From the human T2T-CHM13v2.0 reference genome, Homo sapiens, in assembly GCF_009914755.1 (NCBI RefSeq), contig NC_060934.1: DNA of 64,000 bases, one strand, 5' to 3'. The notes below the pieces were generated by a model, which was given only the letters and a program-made list of their open reading frames with translations, was not told the DNA's origin and did no database searches. Numbering within the stretch: the first letter of the stretch is position 1; each line of letters begins with the position of its first letter. Shown here piece after piece: positions 45,876-59,710 of the stretch. The translations under genes were made by a program, and so were the position numbers.

Positions 45876-46954
45876 TAGAGCTTCTTTTTTATGTGCAGTC
45901 TAAACAAGGTAGACAAAACTTAAGCGGTTCTAGTATACCACTGTGGTGGTGATCTACTTAAAAGACCTTCCTCAATTTGATAATACGACAAGCTAGCCAT
46001 GTGAAAATTGACCACTAAATGCAGAGGTCCAGGGAATACCTGTTTACGGACTTAGAACCCGAGGAAAAGACAGCTGGCTGTGCTTCCTGGGATGTTTTGT
46101 TTATTTCTGGCTGTGGAGGCAAAGAATGATCCAGGGGACAGTGGAGGGACGAGAGAGATACTGAAGCAGCAGTGAGCGGGTGGTGAAAGACAAGTTAACA
46201 AAGAGGCATCTGTGTTTGGGAGGAAAATGGAATTTTATCTTGGGACTTTTTCATCTTTACATCACCATATCCTAAGTCCAAACAATTTATTCCCCTGTAG
46301 GGCTATGAGAGTTTGAACATCTTATTTACCAAGTGCGAGTGGGCTGCATATTGTCCTTCTCCGCTGTTTATAGCTCAGTACTCTAGAGATTAGGTCATAT
46401 ATTATGTGCAGAAAAGCAGGCAAAGAATTAAAATCAAACATTGACTTCATTTATGCTTTGGTAACAGATTAAGAAGACAGAAATGCTCTCTAGTTGCTTC
46501 TAAATAACTATGTTTGCATATGTTTGCTTTAGTTTAATGAATTGTTAGTGTGGTACTAGGTATCAAGGAGGATAAAAATGAAAGAAGTTCCCTGCCCAGC
46601 CAGTATAGTGCTGAAGACAGACAAATGGCCATTTTTACTCAGTGTGGGAAATGCAAAATACAAATAGTAAGGGAAGGCCTTCATCCCACATTAGGATGGT
46701 GAGGGTAAACTTCTGGGACAGAAGTTGGAGTTAGCCTAGTGAGCGGACAGACGACAGAGTGACCAAACATGAAAGAGTGAAATGTAAGTAACTGCCCATC
46801 CACGAGAAGAACTTCAAAGGTACAACTTTATCCAGAAGCATTAGCCATTTACGGCCTGGGTAATTTACTACGTGTGTGCTAGTTAATTTCTTGATTCTGA
46901 AGACACTAACCAATTAGCTTCTTGTTTGAAATAGTCGCACATGGTGACTGTGGA

Positions 46955-47056
46955 AATTTAGTAACGTTGAGTGACTGGTTTTATGCTTTAAATGAGTTGC
47001 TTAATGTTACTAAATTACTAAATGTTACCAAATTTCTAAATGTTACCAAATTTGTA
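46955..47056. repeat. Inverted repeat plus 3 x 18-bp tandem repeat
   Basis: 46955-46976 pairs with 46995-47016; aatgttac(t/c)aaatt(a/t)(c/g)ta units at 47003, 47021, 47039. Confidence 0.85.
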
Positions 47057-47429
47057 TACATAGATGTAATGTGTGAAATGTGATATGGATTCTTTGCCTT
47101 TGTAATTAGATTGCAAGTAAGACAATTGCAAATAGTTTTAATTAAAAATCTTAATATTTAAACTTCAAAATAGTAGGTAACACTTTGGTTTTATTTATAA
47201 TTTTACTTAAAACAGTTCATATTCATTAGTTACAACTTGTATTGACATTTACATTTTAATAGAAAATGTTTAAATTTTAGAAGAAAAATATCTGGTTTAA
47301 AATCATATGCAACATAATTTTTGTATCTTAATGTTTACCTTATTTTTCTTTTCTAATGAAACATTTAAATGGTATACATTCTATTTTTTATTCCTTTATA
47401 TTAAGTGTTGGCAAACTATAGCTCACAAG

Positions 47430-49370
47430 TTAAATGGTTTAAAAATCAATTATCTAAATTTATACTTTAAGTACCTAGAAGAAAGCAACTTAAACCCAAA
47501 GTGTGTAGACTAACAGTAACAATAAAGATAGGAGTAGACATTAATAAATTAGAAATGGCCAGGTAATATAGAAAATAAAATAATATAATATAAATAAAAG
47601 TTAAAGACAACAAAAACACCTAGACACGTTATAGTCAAACTGCTAAAAATCTCAGATAAAGAAGAAGCTTCACTTACAGAGGAACGAAAGTAAGAATTAT
47701 AGCAGATATCACGTGAAAACCTACACAAGCCACAGCAATATCTTTAAAATACTAAAAGGAAAACAAAACAAAAACAAAAACACTGTCATTGCAGAATTCT
47801 ATAACCAGAGAAGATACATGTTTTAAAAAGTAGGTGAAATAAATATTTTTTCAAACAAAAGCTGAGACAATTCATTTCCAGCAGATGTGTACTATAAGAA
47901 ATGTTAAAGCAAATTCTTTAGGCAGAAGGAATATGATACTAGCTGGAAATTTGGATGTACACACCAAAATAAAAGAATATGATACTAGACGTGGTAAAAA
48001 TCATGGTAAATATACACTATTTTAAAAATGTTTAACATCATTAAAGCATCACTGGTTCAAGCAAAACATGTAATAAAGCATTGTCAGGTTTATAACATAC
48101 GCAGAAATAAAACACAGAATAACACAGTGGAAGGAACATTTGTAAGTAGACTATTTTTTAATTTTATTTTACTTAAGTTCTGGGATACATGTGCTGAGCG
48201 TGCAGGTTTGTTACATAGGTATACATGTGCCATGGTGGTTTGCTGCACCTGTTAACCCATCATCTAGGTTTTAAGCCCCACATACATTAAGTATTTGTCC
48301 TAATGCTCTCCCTCTCCTTACCCTCCATCCCCCAACAGGTCCCGGTGTGTGATGTTCCCTTCCCTGTGTCCATGTGTTCTCGCTGTTCAACTCCCACTTA
48401 TGAGTGAGAACATGCAGTGTTTGGTTTCTCCACATGCACACGTATGTTTATTGCAGCACTGTTTAAAAAGGCAAAGACTTGGAACCAACCCAAATGCCTA
48501 TCAATGATAGACTGGATAATGAAAACGTGGCACATAAACACCATGGAATACTATACAGCCATAAAAAAGAATGAGTTCATGTCCTTTGCAGGGACATGGA
48601 TGAAGCTGGAAACCATCATCCTTGGCAGTATATTATTTAAAGATTCTTATGCAATTGGAGAAGAAGTATATTGTTTGAATGTAGGCTGTAGTAAGTTAAA
48701 AATATATATGGTAAACCCTAAAGCCACCATGAAAAATGTTTAAATAAAGTGTAACTAATAACCCAGTCATGGAGATTTTTAAAAATAATTCTAAAACATA
48801 CGCAGTACTACAAAGCAGTACAGGAAAACAGAGGAAAAAAAAGACCAAAGAACAGATGAGAATAAGGAAAACAAATATTATTATAATATTATATTTAAAT
48901 CAAATTATATCAATAATTAGGTTACATGTAAATGTATTTAACAATCCCCTTAAAACTCATGCTGTCATATTAGATAATAAGGCTAATACAACTATATGCT
49001 GTCTACAAGAAACCCACTATAAACATAAAGATATATAGCGTGGAAGTAAAAGGATAGAGAAGTATACCATGGAAGTAGTAATCAAAAGAAACCTGAAATG
49101 GCTTCATTAAAATCCGAGTAGACTTTAGAATAAGGAATATTGCCAGAAATAAAGACAGACACTACATAATCATTAAGGGGTCAATTCATGGCAAAGCTAT
49201 AATAATCTTTATAACAGAGCTTCAAAATACATGAAGCAAAAATGAGAAAACTGAAAGGTAAAATACAAATCCAGAATTTCACTTGGTAAGGATATAGAAA
49301 CATGAAAAACACTCTAAGCAATGTAATGTAATTTGCGTTTGTCTGACATTCCACCTTACAACCGTTTCAG
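47430..49370 (+). mobile_element. Old L1M spanning ORF1 3' part, spacer and ORF2 endonuclease start
   Basis: cacctagacacgttatagtcaaactgc (ORF1-like); remnant TICCLQETH endonuclease motif in ORF 48769-49038. Confidence 0.75.
48152..48628 (-). mobile_element. 5'-truncated, 5'-inverted L1PA (L1PA7/8-like) nested in L1M
   Basis: 3' end antisense 48152-48430; upstream segment sense 48431-48628; degenerate TSD agta(g/t)a(c/t)tattt. Confidence 0.85.
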
Positions 49371-50269
49371 CTAAAAACAGTTTTTGTAACAAGGGAGTAT
49401 GAGCAACTAGGAATATCAGCTGCAGATAAGCTGACTACTTTGAATATGTAAATTCAAATGTGTTTCTTACTAAGTGGGTTTCATTAGTGTACATGCGTAT
49501 GATACGAACACACACGTGGGTATGGGTGTGAGTATGTGTATCTTTCATAGTTAAAAATTAAGATCGCTTGACAAGAAAAGGCATGGGAGGTCAAAGGCAA
49601 TGCCCATGAATGGAACATTCCTATGAAAAGATAGGTTGGATCCACATGACAGCAAAAGATATGAAAAGCTGTATATTCTTCATAATCAATGCCTACCCAT
49701 CTTTTCACCTTCCTACTGTACTTTCAAGCTGTACTGAATTTCTTGCCTTCCGTCTCTGAATTTTCTTTTTGCCTAGAACATTTTTCCTTATCTTTAAAAT
49801 TTCTCCCATAGTATTTTGCACTCGTATTCATCATACTTTATCTGTGTCTTCCCTGATCTACTGTGCTTTGTAATACAGGAACCACACCTTGTTCAATACT
49901 GTTGTCCCTATTGCCAGGGTCATAGCAGGCGTACACATATACACACAAGATGCCATAAATTAATAACATTTCTGCTATTCATAGCTGTTTGTGAGCTCGG
50001 CCCCACTTCTAGTAAGTATATTGCTGTAGTCATCACATTCCAGCACGCACACAAAAGAACTATGTAAATCTGTTTCTCCAACCGTCAACCCAGTCTTAAC
50101 CTGAGTGGCAGGGTTCTTCGAGGTCTACCAGACAGACAACTGTGATGCATGGAAAAGGAGCCTGAGAGTTGGTGTTTAAAAGACGTGCGGTTAAGTCCCG
50201 CCTCTGTCACCTTTAGCTATTTAGGCTTGGTTAAGTCAGTCCTTGCTAGCTCTTCAAAGTCCACTCTTT

Positions 50270-50660
50270 TTTCCTAAGGCATACAATTGGACTGTGTTTC
50301 TCAGCCCGTCTTGCAGCTTTAGTCATGTGACAGAGTTCTAGCCAATAAAATATAAGTGGAAGAGATGTATACCACTTCCAAGTTTGGACAATACAAACTT
50401 GCATGCACCACCATCTACCATCACCTAAGGCACCAATGTCCTTTTTCCTCCTTGTAAGTAACCCCGGTGGGAGTAACATGGTGACGTGGGAGGTTGCATT
50501 GTGAAGATGGTAGCTAGTTACTCAAGCCTCGGTTCCTAAATGTCAGCATGATGCAGAGCTATTTCTAATGGGGAACTTCTACTCCAGTATACATTTCTTT
50601 CAAATCCATTGAATATTCAGACTGTATGTTATAGCAGTTTGACTTACCCTAATTAACATA
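50270..50660 (+). mobile_element. MLT1-type LTR (old) inside a MIR
   Basis: gtcatgtgacagagttctagccaat...gtatgttatagcag...ccctaattaaca. Confidence 0.5.
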
Positions 50661-52406
50661 GAGGAATAGTGATATCTACCTCACAGGCAAAGACAATGCA
50701 TTTAAGTTCTTAATAGGAAGCCTGGCGCCTCATATGTAAACAAAAGTATCAGTTGTTATAACAAGGTTTAGATGAGAAATAAATCAGATAGATCATAAAT
50801 GAATGTGCTTTATAAACTAAAAAGTGCTATATACTATTGAATATTCCAGAGTGCTCTCCTGGGTAGTTTTAGGAACTCATGGAATCTCATTTCTGTGAAG
50901 TCTTTTCTCTGGAAGTGAAATTAGGCTTTCTCTGAACACTTGTACATTTCAGTTTTAAACTTTTACTATCCATACAGATACATTCAATCCCATTATAATG
51001 GATTTGCTTGCATCTTTATATGCTTTTAAATAGCAGTCTGTAATTCAGGGCATAGGTTTACAAAAAGCAAACATGTAACTTCATGGAATGCATCATACCA
51101 AGTCAGGCCAGTGGCCAATACAGCTATATATCCTTATGAAAATGCTATTAATAGTGGTGGAAATTCAGGACTTTCAGTGAGGTGTAAAATGATTTACTGA
51201 GTAAAATGAGAAATCATACATGTGTATCTGTCCTAAAAAGCTCTTTCTTTAAGGTGTTAAATGTAGTCACAAATCTGCAAGCAGGAGAGGAAGAATAAAG
51301 CACTTGTAATCACTGTTTCTTCCACTTACAGAAAAAATAATCTTTTAAAACGTCTGGCTTCATTAGCCAGTGTCTCTTACCAGCCCCTGTTCCTATTTCA
51401 GAGCATTAGTAATTCCCAGAATATGTCTGTCCATTACAACAACTAATGAGCACAAGGAAGCTAACATACAGCTTGAATAAATTAGTCATCTGCATTTGAA
51501 TGCGTCGATGGCACATCCATTATTGCTGGAGTCTCTTGCATCTGCTTAACTTTTAACATGAAAAGAATTAGGCTTTACTTACCAAATTTTTGCTTTCCTC
51601 TGTGGCTTTTAAATATTGCGCAAGTCAAAGAATCTTAAAAACAAGATCAACCGTGATTGAAGGCATCTATACATTTTCCAAGTCTTTTTATTCTGTTTAT
51701 TCTGATTTTGCTCCCTTTTTCAGGAGTAACATTTTGTTACTCTGTGTTTGAAATCTTTTACAAGCCAGACAAGAGTCTGAATGGGTACATTGTATTGGAT
51801 TAGTGTTCAGTGCATGCTAATTAAACTAGTTTGGGTTATAAAGGAAGAAGTAGTATAATGTTCTCATGGGAGTCAGGCTTAGGTAAATGTTGTCATTGTA
51901 CGTTAAAACTAGCAAAGTTGTATGCTGTGTTTTAAGACGCAAGAAGTCATTCAACATTCATGCATTCATTTAGACAACAAATGTTTTCACATTCTAACTA
52001 AGTGGCAGACACCATGCTGGGTGGTGCTGGGGATACTAAGATGAAGAAGACGCCATCACTGCCCTCAAGGAACCCTATCTAGTGGTAGGGAGAAACATAA
52101 AAAAACAGGGAGTTCATATTATGAATTATATGAAATGAATATATTGTATTACATTTGAACATTTAATTCAAACTTTACTTGCCCTCTGGTTATAAGCGTT
52201 ATTAAAATTATTTTCAAGGTTTTGATTTTTTTGCGGTCTCTTTAAACATCTGATGAAAGATGAAATTCTACTTCCCAAATGGTCCTAATTGAAAGCGAAT
52301 GCACAAATAAGCATGCTATAAGAAACTGGACAGACATCATGAGAAAACACTCAGTTTCACCAAACCTGGTGTTTTTTTTTAAATAATGTTCCTTCTTTTG
52401 TTTTCT

Positions 52407-52490
52407 CCTTCCTTCCTTCCTTCCTTCCTTCCTTCCTTCCTTCCTTCCTTCCTTCCTTCCTTCCTCCCTCCCTCCCTCCCTTCTTTCCTT
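52407..52490. repeat. (CCTT)n/(CCCT)n microsatellite
   Basis: Direct reading. Confidence 0.95.
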
Positions 52491-53014
52491 CATTTATTAA
52501 TTGGCTTTTAAGTGCTAACTAGCAAGACTGTAAGCCCCATGGAGCTGGTAACCTGGTCTTTGTTGGCTGTGCTCATCAGGTGGCACAAAATAGAAGCTTG
52601 ATTCATACTTTATTGGATGACTATTGAAAGAACTCAGAGGGCAACTTGCCAGATTCTGAATGTGTCCTAGAGAATAAGTGTGGTTCCTGTCCACACAGAG
52701 TTTACAGTCTGAAATGGATTTAATGTTTTCCCTAAGATTTAAACACATGCTCAAGAAAACTTCACAGTTTGATTAAATGAGTAGGCCTAAAACAGTGATA
52801 TTATCAACAGAGCATGGGGCAAAAGTAGACTATAAGTCAAAAACTTTAAACACAATTTCTTTTCCATTTTCACACACACATACATACAGGCATACATATA
52901 AAAGCATGGCTGATTGTTGCTGTTCAAAATGTTCCCATTTTAGAAATTATTACAAACCAATATTTAAGTGCTGCTGTTTAACATTCAGCAAAATTTAAAT
53001 AAAAGTGGCATTTT

Positions 53015-53847
53015 AATTTTTTTAATTTTATTTTTCCATAAGTTATTGGGGTACAGGTGGTATTCGGTTACATGAGTAAGTTCTTTAGTGGAGATTTGTG
53101 AGAACCTGGTACACCCATCAACCTAGCAGTATACCTTGCACCATATTTGTTGTCTTTTATCCCGTGACCCCTCCCACACTTCCCCCCAAGTCACCAAAGT
53201 CCATTGTATCATTCTTATGCCTTTGCATCCTCATAGCTTAGCTCCCACATGTCAGTGAGAACATATGATGTTCGATTTTCCATTCCTGAGTTACTTCACT
53301 TAGAATAATAGTCTCTAATCTCATCCAGGTCATTGCAAATGCTGTTAATTTATTTCTTTTCATGGCTGAGTAGTATCCCATCATCATATATATCAGAGTT
53401 TCTTTATCACCTCGTTGATTGATGGGCATTTGGGTTGGTTCCACAATTTTGCTACTGTGAATTGTGCTGCTGTAAACATGCATGTGCAAGTATATTTTTT
53501 GAATCATGACTTCTTTTCCTCTGGGTAGATACCCAGTAGTGGCATTGCTACATCAAATGGTAGTTCTACTTTTAGTCCTTTAAGGAATCTCCACACTGTT
53601 TTCCATAGTGGCTGTACTAGTTTACATTCCCACCAGCAGTGCAGAAGTGTTCCCTGATCACTGCATCCATGCCAACATCTGTTTTTTGATTCTTTGATTA
53701 TGGTCATTCTTACAGGGGTAAGGTGGTATCACTTTGTGGTTTTGAGTTGCATTTCCCTGATCATTATTGATGTTGAGCATTTTCTCATATGTTTGTTGGC
53801 CATTTGTATATCTTCTTTTGAGAATTTTCTATTCGTGTCCGTAGCCC
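53015..53847 (-). mobile_element. 5'-truncated L1PB (L1PB1-like)
   Basis: ccataagttattggggtacaggtggtattcggttacatgagtaagttctttagtgg; TSD ataaaagtggcatttt at 52999-53014 and 53848-53863. Confidence 0.9.
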
Positions 53848-54154
53848 ATAAAAGTGGCATTTTTAATACCAAAGTTTAGGAAAATCAATGATGCTTTATG
53901 GCTAAATCTTTAACTGTATCAAGACCCATTCTTTAAGCCTGGCGCAAATCAGTGCTATGGTGGAGATGATAGGTTTAAAATGTCTATGCTTATCTTTGAG
54001 GAGAAAAGTACTGTATCTCATGTAATTTAATATATCATAGTAAACTATAGAAGGCAGTTGAAGCCTATTATAGTAAATTTTTGCATGTGTATTTCAATAT
54101 ACCAAACTTTCAGTTTGTTGTTACAAAATAACATATAAATAGGTTTCTGGAGCT

Positions 54155-54603
<449 letters not shown>

Positions 54604-54791
54604 TCATTACAGAAGTTTCCACTGTAGTAAAATTTGTTGAAATAAGTTGCACTCAATCATGTAAAAATGTGGCTCCTTGGGACTATCTGAACGGAATGTT
54701 GTAAGTGAAACACCCTCACCATAGTCACTATCCTGTTATCAAGAATTCTGGATCTTAAGGAAGTGCTTGTTTTGTCAAAAATGTGACACTA

Positions 54792-55142
<351 letters not shown>

Positions 55143-56067
55143 TTATGTTTGGAAAGAAGTGCTAATTTAATTTGGCAAAGATGAAGACAGCAGTCATAAA
55201 GCAAAACATTCGGTCTCAGGTTGGGTGGATTCCCACCTAGTTGACGAGGCCAGCTGCAGATTCAGGTGGGATCACCTGATGATCTTTATCAATGCCATTT
55301 CTTTCTCTGGATCCTTATTACTGACATTAGCAAGGGCTTTCAGCTGCCCAGAAGATGTTCTTTGCAGACATTTGCTCTCCCGGGCTGCCAGCAGGCTTTA
55401 CAAATTTAAAACTTTCAGTGTAGGAACCCAGCCTCCGTCGTCCTTCCCCTCCAAAGTTAAGAGATCTGCTCTAAGGGTTCCTGAGGGGTGGTCTGGGGCC
55501 ATGGGAACAGGATCAAGGCCCCCTGAGCGCCGGGCCTGGCTTCTGTGGCTTCGCAAACTTTTCAGCCTGTGTGCCACGGCGACGCGCAGCGGCTCAGTCG
55601 GAGCCCACGCGGCGCGCGCCTCCCGCGAGGAACTTTTCGGCTTGTAGGCTGCTTGTCACTCTCGCTTTCCGACGCGCCTCCCCCTGGCTCGCGCTCCCGG
55701 AGTTCCCTCCCCTCCTGGCGAGGACCTTTCCCGGCGCCCGCGGCTCCGATCCCCGCCGCGCTGCGCCCGCTCTCCCGGCCCCGGTTGCCCCGCTGAGGGC
55801 TCCCCTCTCCCAGGCACCGCAGCCGCGCCCCCGCGTCCCGCCTCCCGAGCGGCTCGCTTCGCCCGATGCCCCGGCCCCGTCCCGCGCACTGAGCGCCTGG
55901 CAGCAGGGCGCCGAGTCCCGGGGCGCTGCGGGGCGCTGCGCCGAGAACGGCCGGGCCTGAGCCCTGGGCGGCCCCCAGAGCCGATCAGAGCGCGGGGAGG
56001 CGGGGGCGAGGAGGAGGGGACCCGCCGCCGGGGGCTGGCTGCTTCGCTCCGAGCCGACTTTTCGCCA

Positions 56068-56187
56068 ATGGTCCAAAGGGACATGTCCAAGTCGCCTCCC
56101 ACAGCGGCGGCGGCGGTGGCGCAGGAGATCCAGATGGAACTGCTAGAGAACGTGGCTCCCGCGGGGGCGCTCGGAGCCGCCGCACAG
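56068..56187 (+). CDS. CACNB2: CACNB2 first coding exon (beta2d-type), 40 codons, phase-0 donor
   Basis: Translates MVQRDMSKSPPTAAAAVAQEIQMELLENVAPAGALGAAAQ, recognised as the N-terminus of the long CaV beta2 isoform; followed by donor CAG|gtagcg. Confidence 0.95.
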
Positions 56188-56510
56188 GTAGCGAGAGCGC
56201 GGCGCCTTCTCCTTCCTTTGTGAGCCGCCGGGCAGGGCACCGACCTCGGGTTCTCCCGGCGCCTCCACTGCAGGGATCTCTAGCCTCGCACCTCCTCCCC
56301 TCGTCGCCTGCCCACCCTCTGCTCCTCTCCTGGCGCCGGGGACCCTGCCCCTTTGCGCCTTTTCCTGGCTCTGCCTCGGCTTCCATTTTTCTCTGCTTCC
56401 GAAAAGCCAGTGGGGAAGGGCGGGGGAGACCTGCCAGTCCTCCCAGACTTCTCCCGGGTTGCTCCAGCTGGCCCTCCTCGCCCCTTCCCGGGAGAGGCAC
56501 ATGGAGAGAC

Positions 56511-56546
56511 ATGAATCAGGGGAGTGGACTGGACCTGCTGAAGATC
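56511..56546 (+). CDS. CACNB2: CACNB2 alternative first coding exon (beta2c-type), 12 codons, phase-0 donor
   Basis: Translates MNQGSGLDLLKI, recognised as the alternative beta2 N-terminus; donor ATC|gtgagt, same phase as the upstream exon. Confidence 0.92.
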
Positions 56547-59316
56547 GTGAGTCCGGGTGGGCGGGAGGGGGCCCGCTTCCCGCAGCGCTTTCTACGATGC
56601 CGACTCTCCTGGCCACGCTCCGAGCCGGGGTGGGCGTGGGTGTGAGGATGATGGGGTGCAGGTGGGCAGGAGGGGAGCGAATATGGGGGTGCCCTGCCGG
56701 ATCCCCCCAGAGCTGCCCGGACCACGCTGCGCACCTGGGGCTGACAGCTCTCCAGTCCCCTCGGGCACTTGCCAAGGTTTGCCTGTCCCACCTCATGCCT
56801 TTCCCTTAAGAAGCGAGTGAGCTGGGGACAAGAAAGTTTTTATTTTTCCGTCTCCCCTGAAATGTTAGCCATTTCAGGGATCTCCAGGATCCCCTTTCTC
56901 TCCGTTGAGTGTTTGCGGTTTCTGGAAAAAGTCAGCTTCGCTGCAGGTTGTTGTGAAATTGGAGATGTCAGTTGTAGGCGCTGGGCAATGACAAGGTGGT
57001 TTTTACGTTTTTACGTAAGGCTTCAGCAGGTACAGTTTGGGTTACAGACACCTCCAGGTCTCAGCGATGAGGAGTCGCTCAACTTTTCTCCCGGCAGGGA
57101 AATGACTTCAGACTCCTAGCTGCGGGCTGGCTGTTGGCTGGCCAGTGATGTGAAGAGGTCTTGGTTACATTTCAGGCAGCATTCTGGAGAAATGTCTGTT
57201 TGCTTAACTGTGTTGGCTTGTTGATTTCAAGCCTACATTTGCCAGATTTTAATTTGTGGTAAGATATATATGTGTGTGTATATATACTTATATATTAATA
57301 CGTAGACACACATACACACACTAGAGAGCATGTTAGAGTATCATTTGCTGTAGTAGTGGGGGCAGGAGTGTGACAAGCTAATAAAGGTGGCAAATGTTTT
57401 CTTGCTGTTGTTTTGATAGGTGGAACATGAGTGCTCTAGATATTTTGATATTGTAATCATGGCAGTTCCAAGTGGCATAGTAGTCTAGCTTTATTGAACT
57501 TTCTTTTACCATTGGGAAATTAATGTGCTAACTTAAAACACATAATTCACTTTGACTTGAGAAGGGGAAGAATGTGGACACCAAGGACTTGTGTAATCAG
57601 AAATCTATTTCTTTTGTAGTGGTAAAACAGCTAGATTTTGGTCCACCCTGGGCTGTTTGCTTCACAAGCCGAGTAGGGACATGTAATGAACCAGCTACAT
57701 TCCCATCTGGCCTCTGCCAGAGGATCTGAATTTTAACCAATAGAGTTTGCATTTGTTCTAGACTCCTGATTTTTATCTAGATGCTTGCCAGGTTAGACAG
57801 AATGAAAAATGTACCCGGAGACCTCGGTTATTCTAGGATGAAGGTCTTGAATACTATCAGTATTCGAGTCCTCCATCAAAGGAAAGGACATTTAGACCCT
57901 CATTTGCCTTTGATCTTCCTTGAGGGATATTTTAGAAAAGTTTTTATTCTTATGATAAAAATAGAGTTCCTAAATTCCTGGACATCAAAGTCAGGGCTCA
58001 CATAACTGCATTCAGATAAGAGATACTAATTTACTTTGTGATTTATGTACAATGATTAAATGTAAGTCAAGTTATTGTACAGCAGCAATGTGGAAATGAT
58101 TCTGATGTGAAAAGACACAATTTCTGCCTTCAAAGAATTTATATTCCAGTAGCAGCAATTAGGATATATGTATAGGGGCTGGAAGAGAAGTTCTGACTAG
58201 TAAATGGCTTCAAAGGAATAAGGATAATAAACACGCTATTTGGAGGAATCTGTAAGGACTTCATTGATGAGGTGGCATTTGCAAAGAGAATTGAAGGATG
58301 GGTCAGATTACACCAGATATTTTTGAGAGAGTTGGTAAGCAGTCGTACATGAAACAGAGTCCCAGAAGTAAGAAGTCTTACAGGATAATTTATCGTTTCT
58401 AGTTCAAAAAGAGCATGGTAAGGTCAAGATTGGACACAGGCGTAAAACTGACAAAGCAATTTGAGACTACATCTTGGGGACTTGGAATCTTTAGTGTATT
58501 GAGCGACAGGGAACTGTGGAAGGAGTTCAAAAGAGGACCCACATAGCAGCTCATTTGGGAATATTCACTTGGAAATGTTCTGTAAGATAGTTTCAAGTCT
58601 TAGGAGTCCAGAGGTGAAGCTGCCAGGCAGCAGACAGATGTAACAGTTTGGGCCGAGGTAATAAGGCCTAAGCGAAAAAGAGATGAAAAGATAATGGATA
58701 TGACAGTTCTATGTATCAAACATTTCAAAGTTCAATTCACAGGAATTAGCAAGTGATTGCATAGATAAAGGAGAGAGAAGAGAAAGGGCAGAATGGATTT
58801 TAAAAGCAAGTTTAAGAGATATAAATATTCAACTGCATCAACATTCATCTCCTTGCTTTCTCTGCCTTCCAAAAATGAAAGCAATTTGACTTGAATTGCG
58901 TTCATCTCACACCCATTATTTGAGGGAAACATTACCTTGTTTATTTTATATCTGATAAATCATGGCATCATAGGATTGTGTGAGGCTTGGGAAAGCCATC
59001 TCTTCCATCTCTCTGTTTGGGCAGAACAGACCAGCAGTAAAAACTGCCTGAGAAAGGAGGCTGGCTCTAGAGCATCCTCCTTGTATGTGGCACCGAGTAA
59101 TTCTACTCAGAATTATTGGGCAGTTCTACCTAGAAATGGAGTTTCTATTTACAAATGGAACCTCTAAAGCAATGATTGGTTTTAGGAATCATTCTACCTC
59201 ACCTCTGGATTATAGTATTATATTTGTATGAAGAAAGCAGAAGATGTAGATTTGCAAACTCTGCCATTTTCCTTTTCTGTATCAATCATTCTGTCTAGAG
59301 AGAGGGAGCATCCTGA

Positions 59317-59710
<394 letters not shown>

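Larger units (their letters stand above)
55520..56770. promoter_or_regulatory. CACNB2: CpG island / CACNB2 distal promoter region
   Basis: Very GC- and CpG-rich, GC-box-like motifs, no obvious TATA; surrounds two ATG-initiated exons ending in GT donors. Confidence 0.93.

Noticed and set aside
47003-47056. Short regular repeats as a possible CRISPR-like array (also 9726-9897)
   Set aside because: No unique spacers, no cas genes, primate context; these are plain tandem duplications
56104-56121. (GCG)4GTGGCG poly-Ala tract as an expandable repeat
   Set aside because: Too short and interrupted; no sign of expansion
55545-56820. Long ORFs (up to 217 aa) on both strands of the CpG island
   Set aside because: Stop-codon scarcity in GC-rich DNA; Arg/Pro/Ala/Gly-rich with no recognisable domain. 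The real coding parts are the two short exons.
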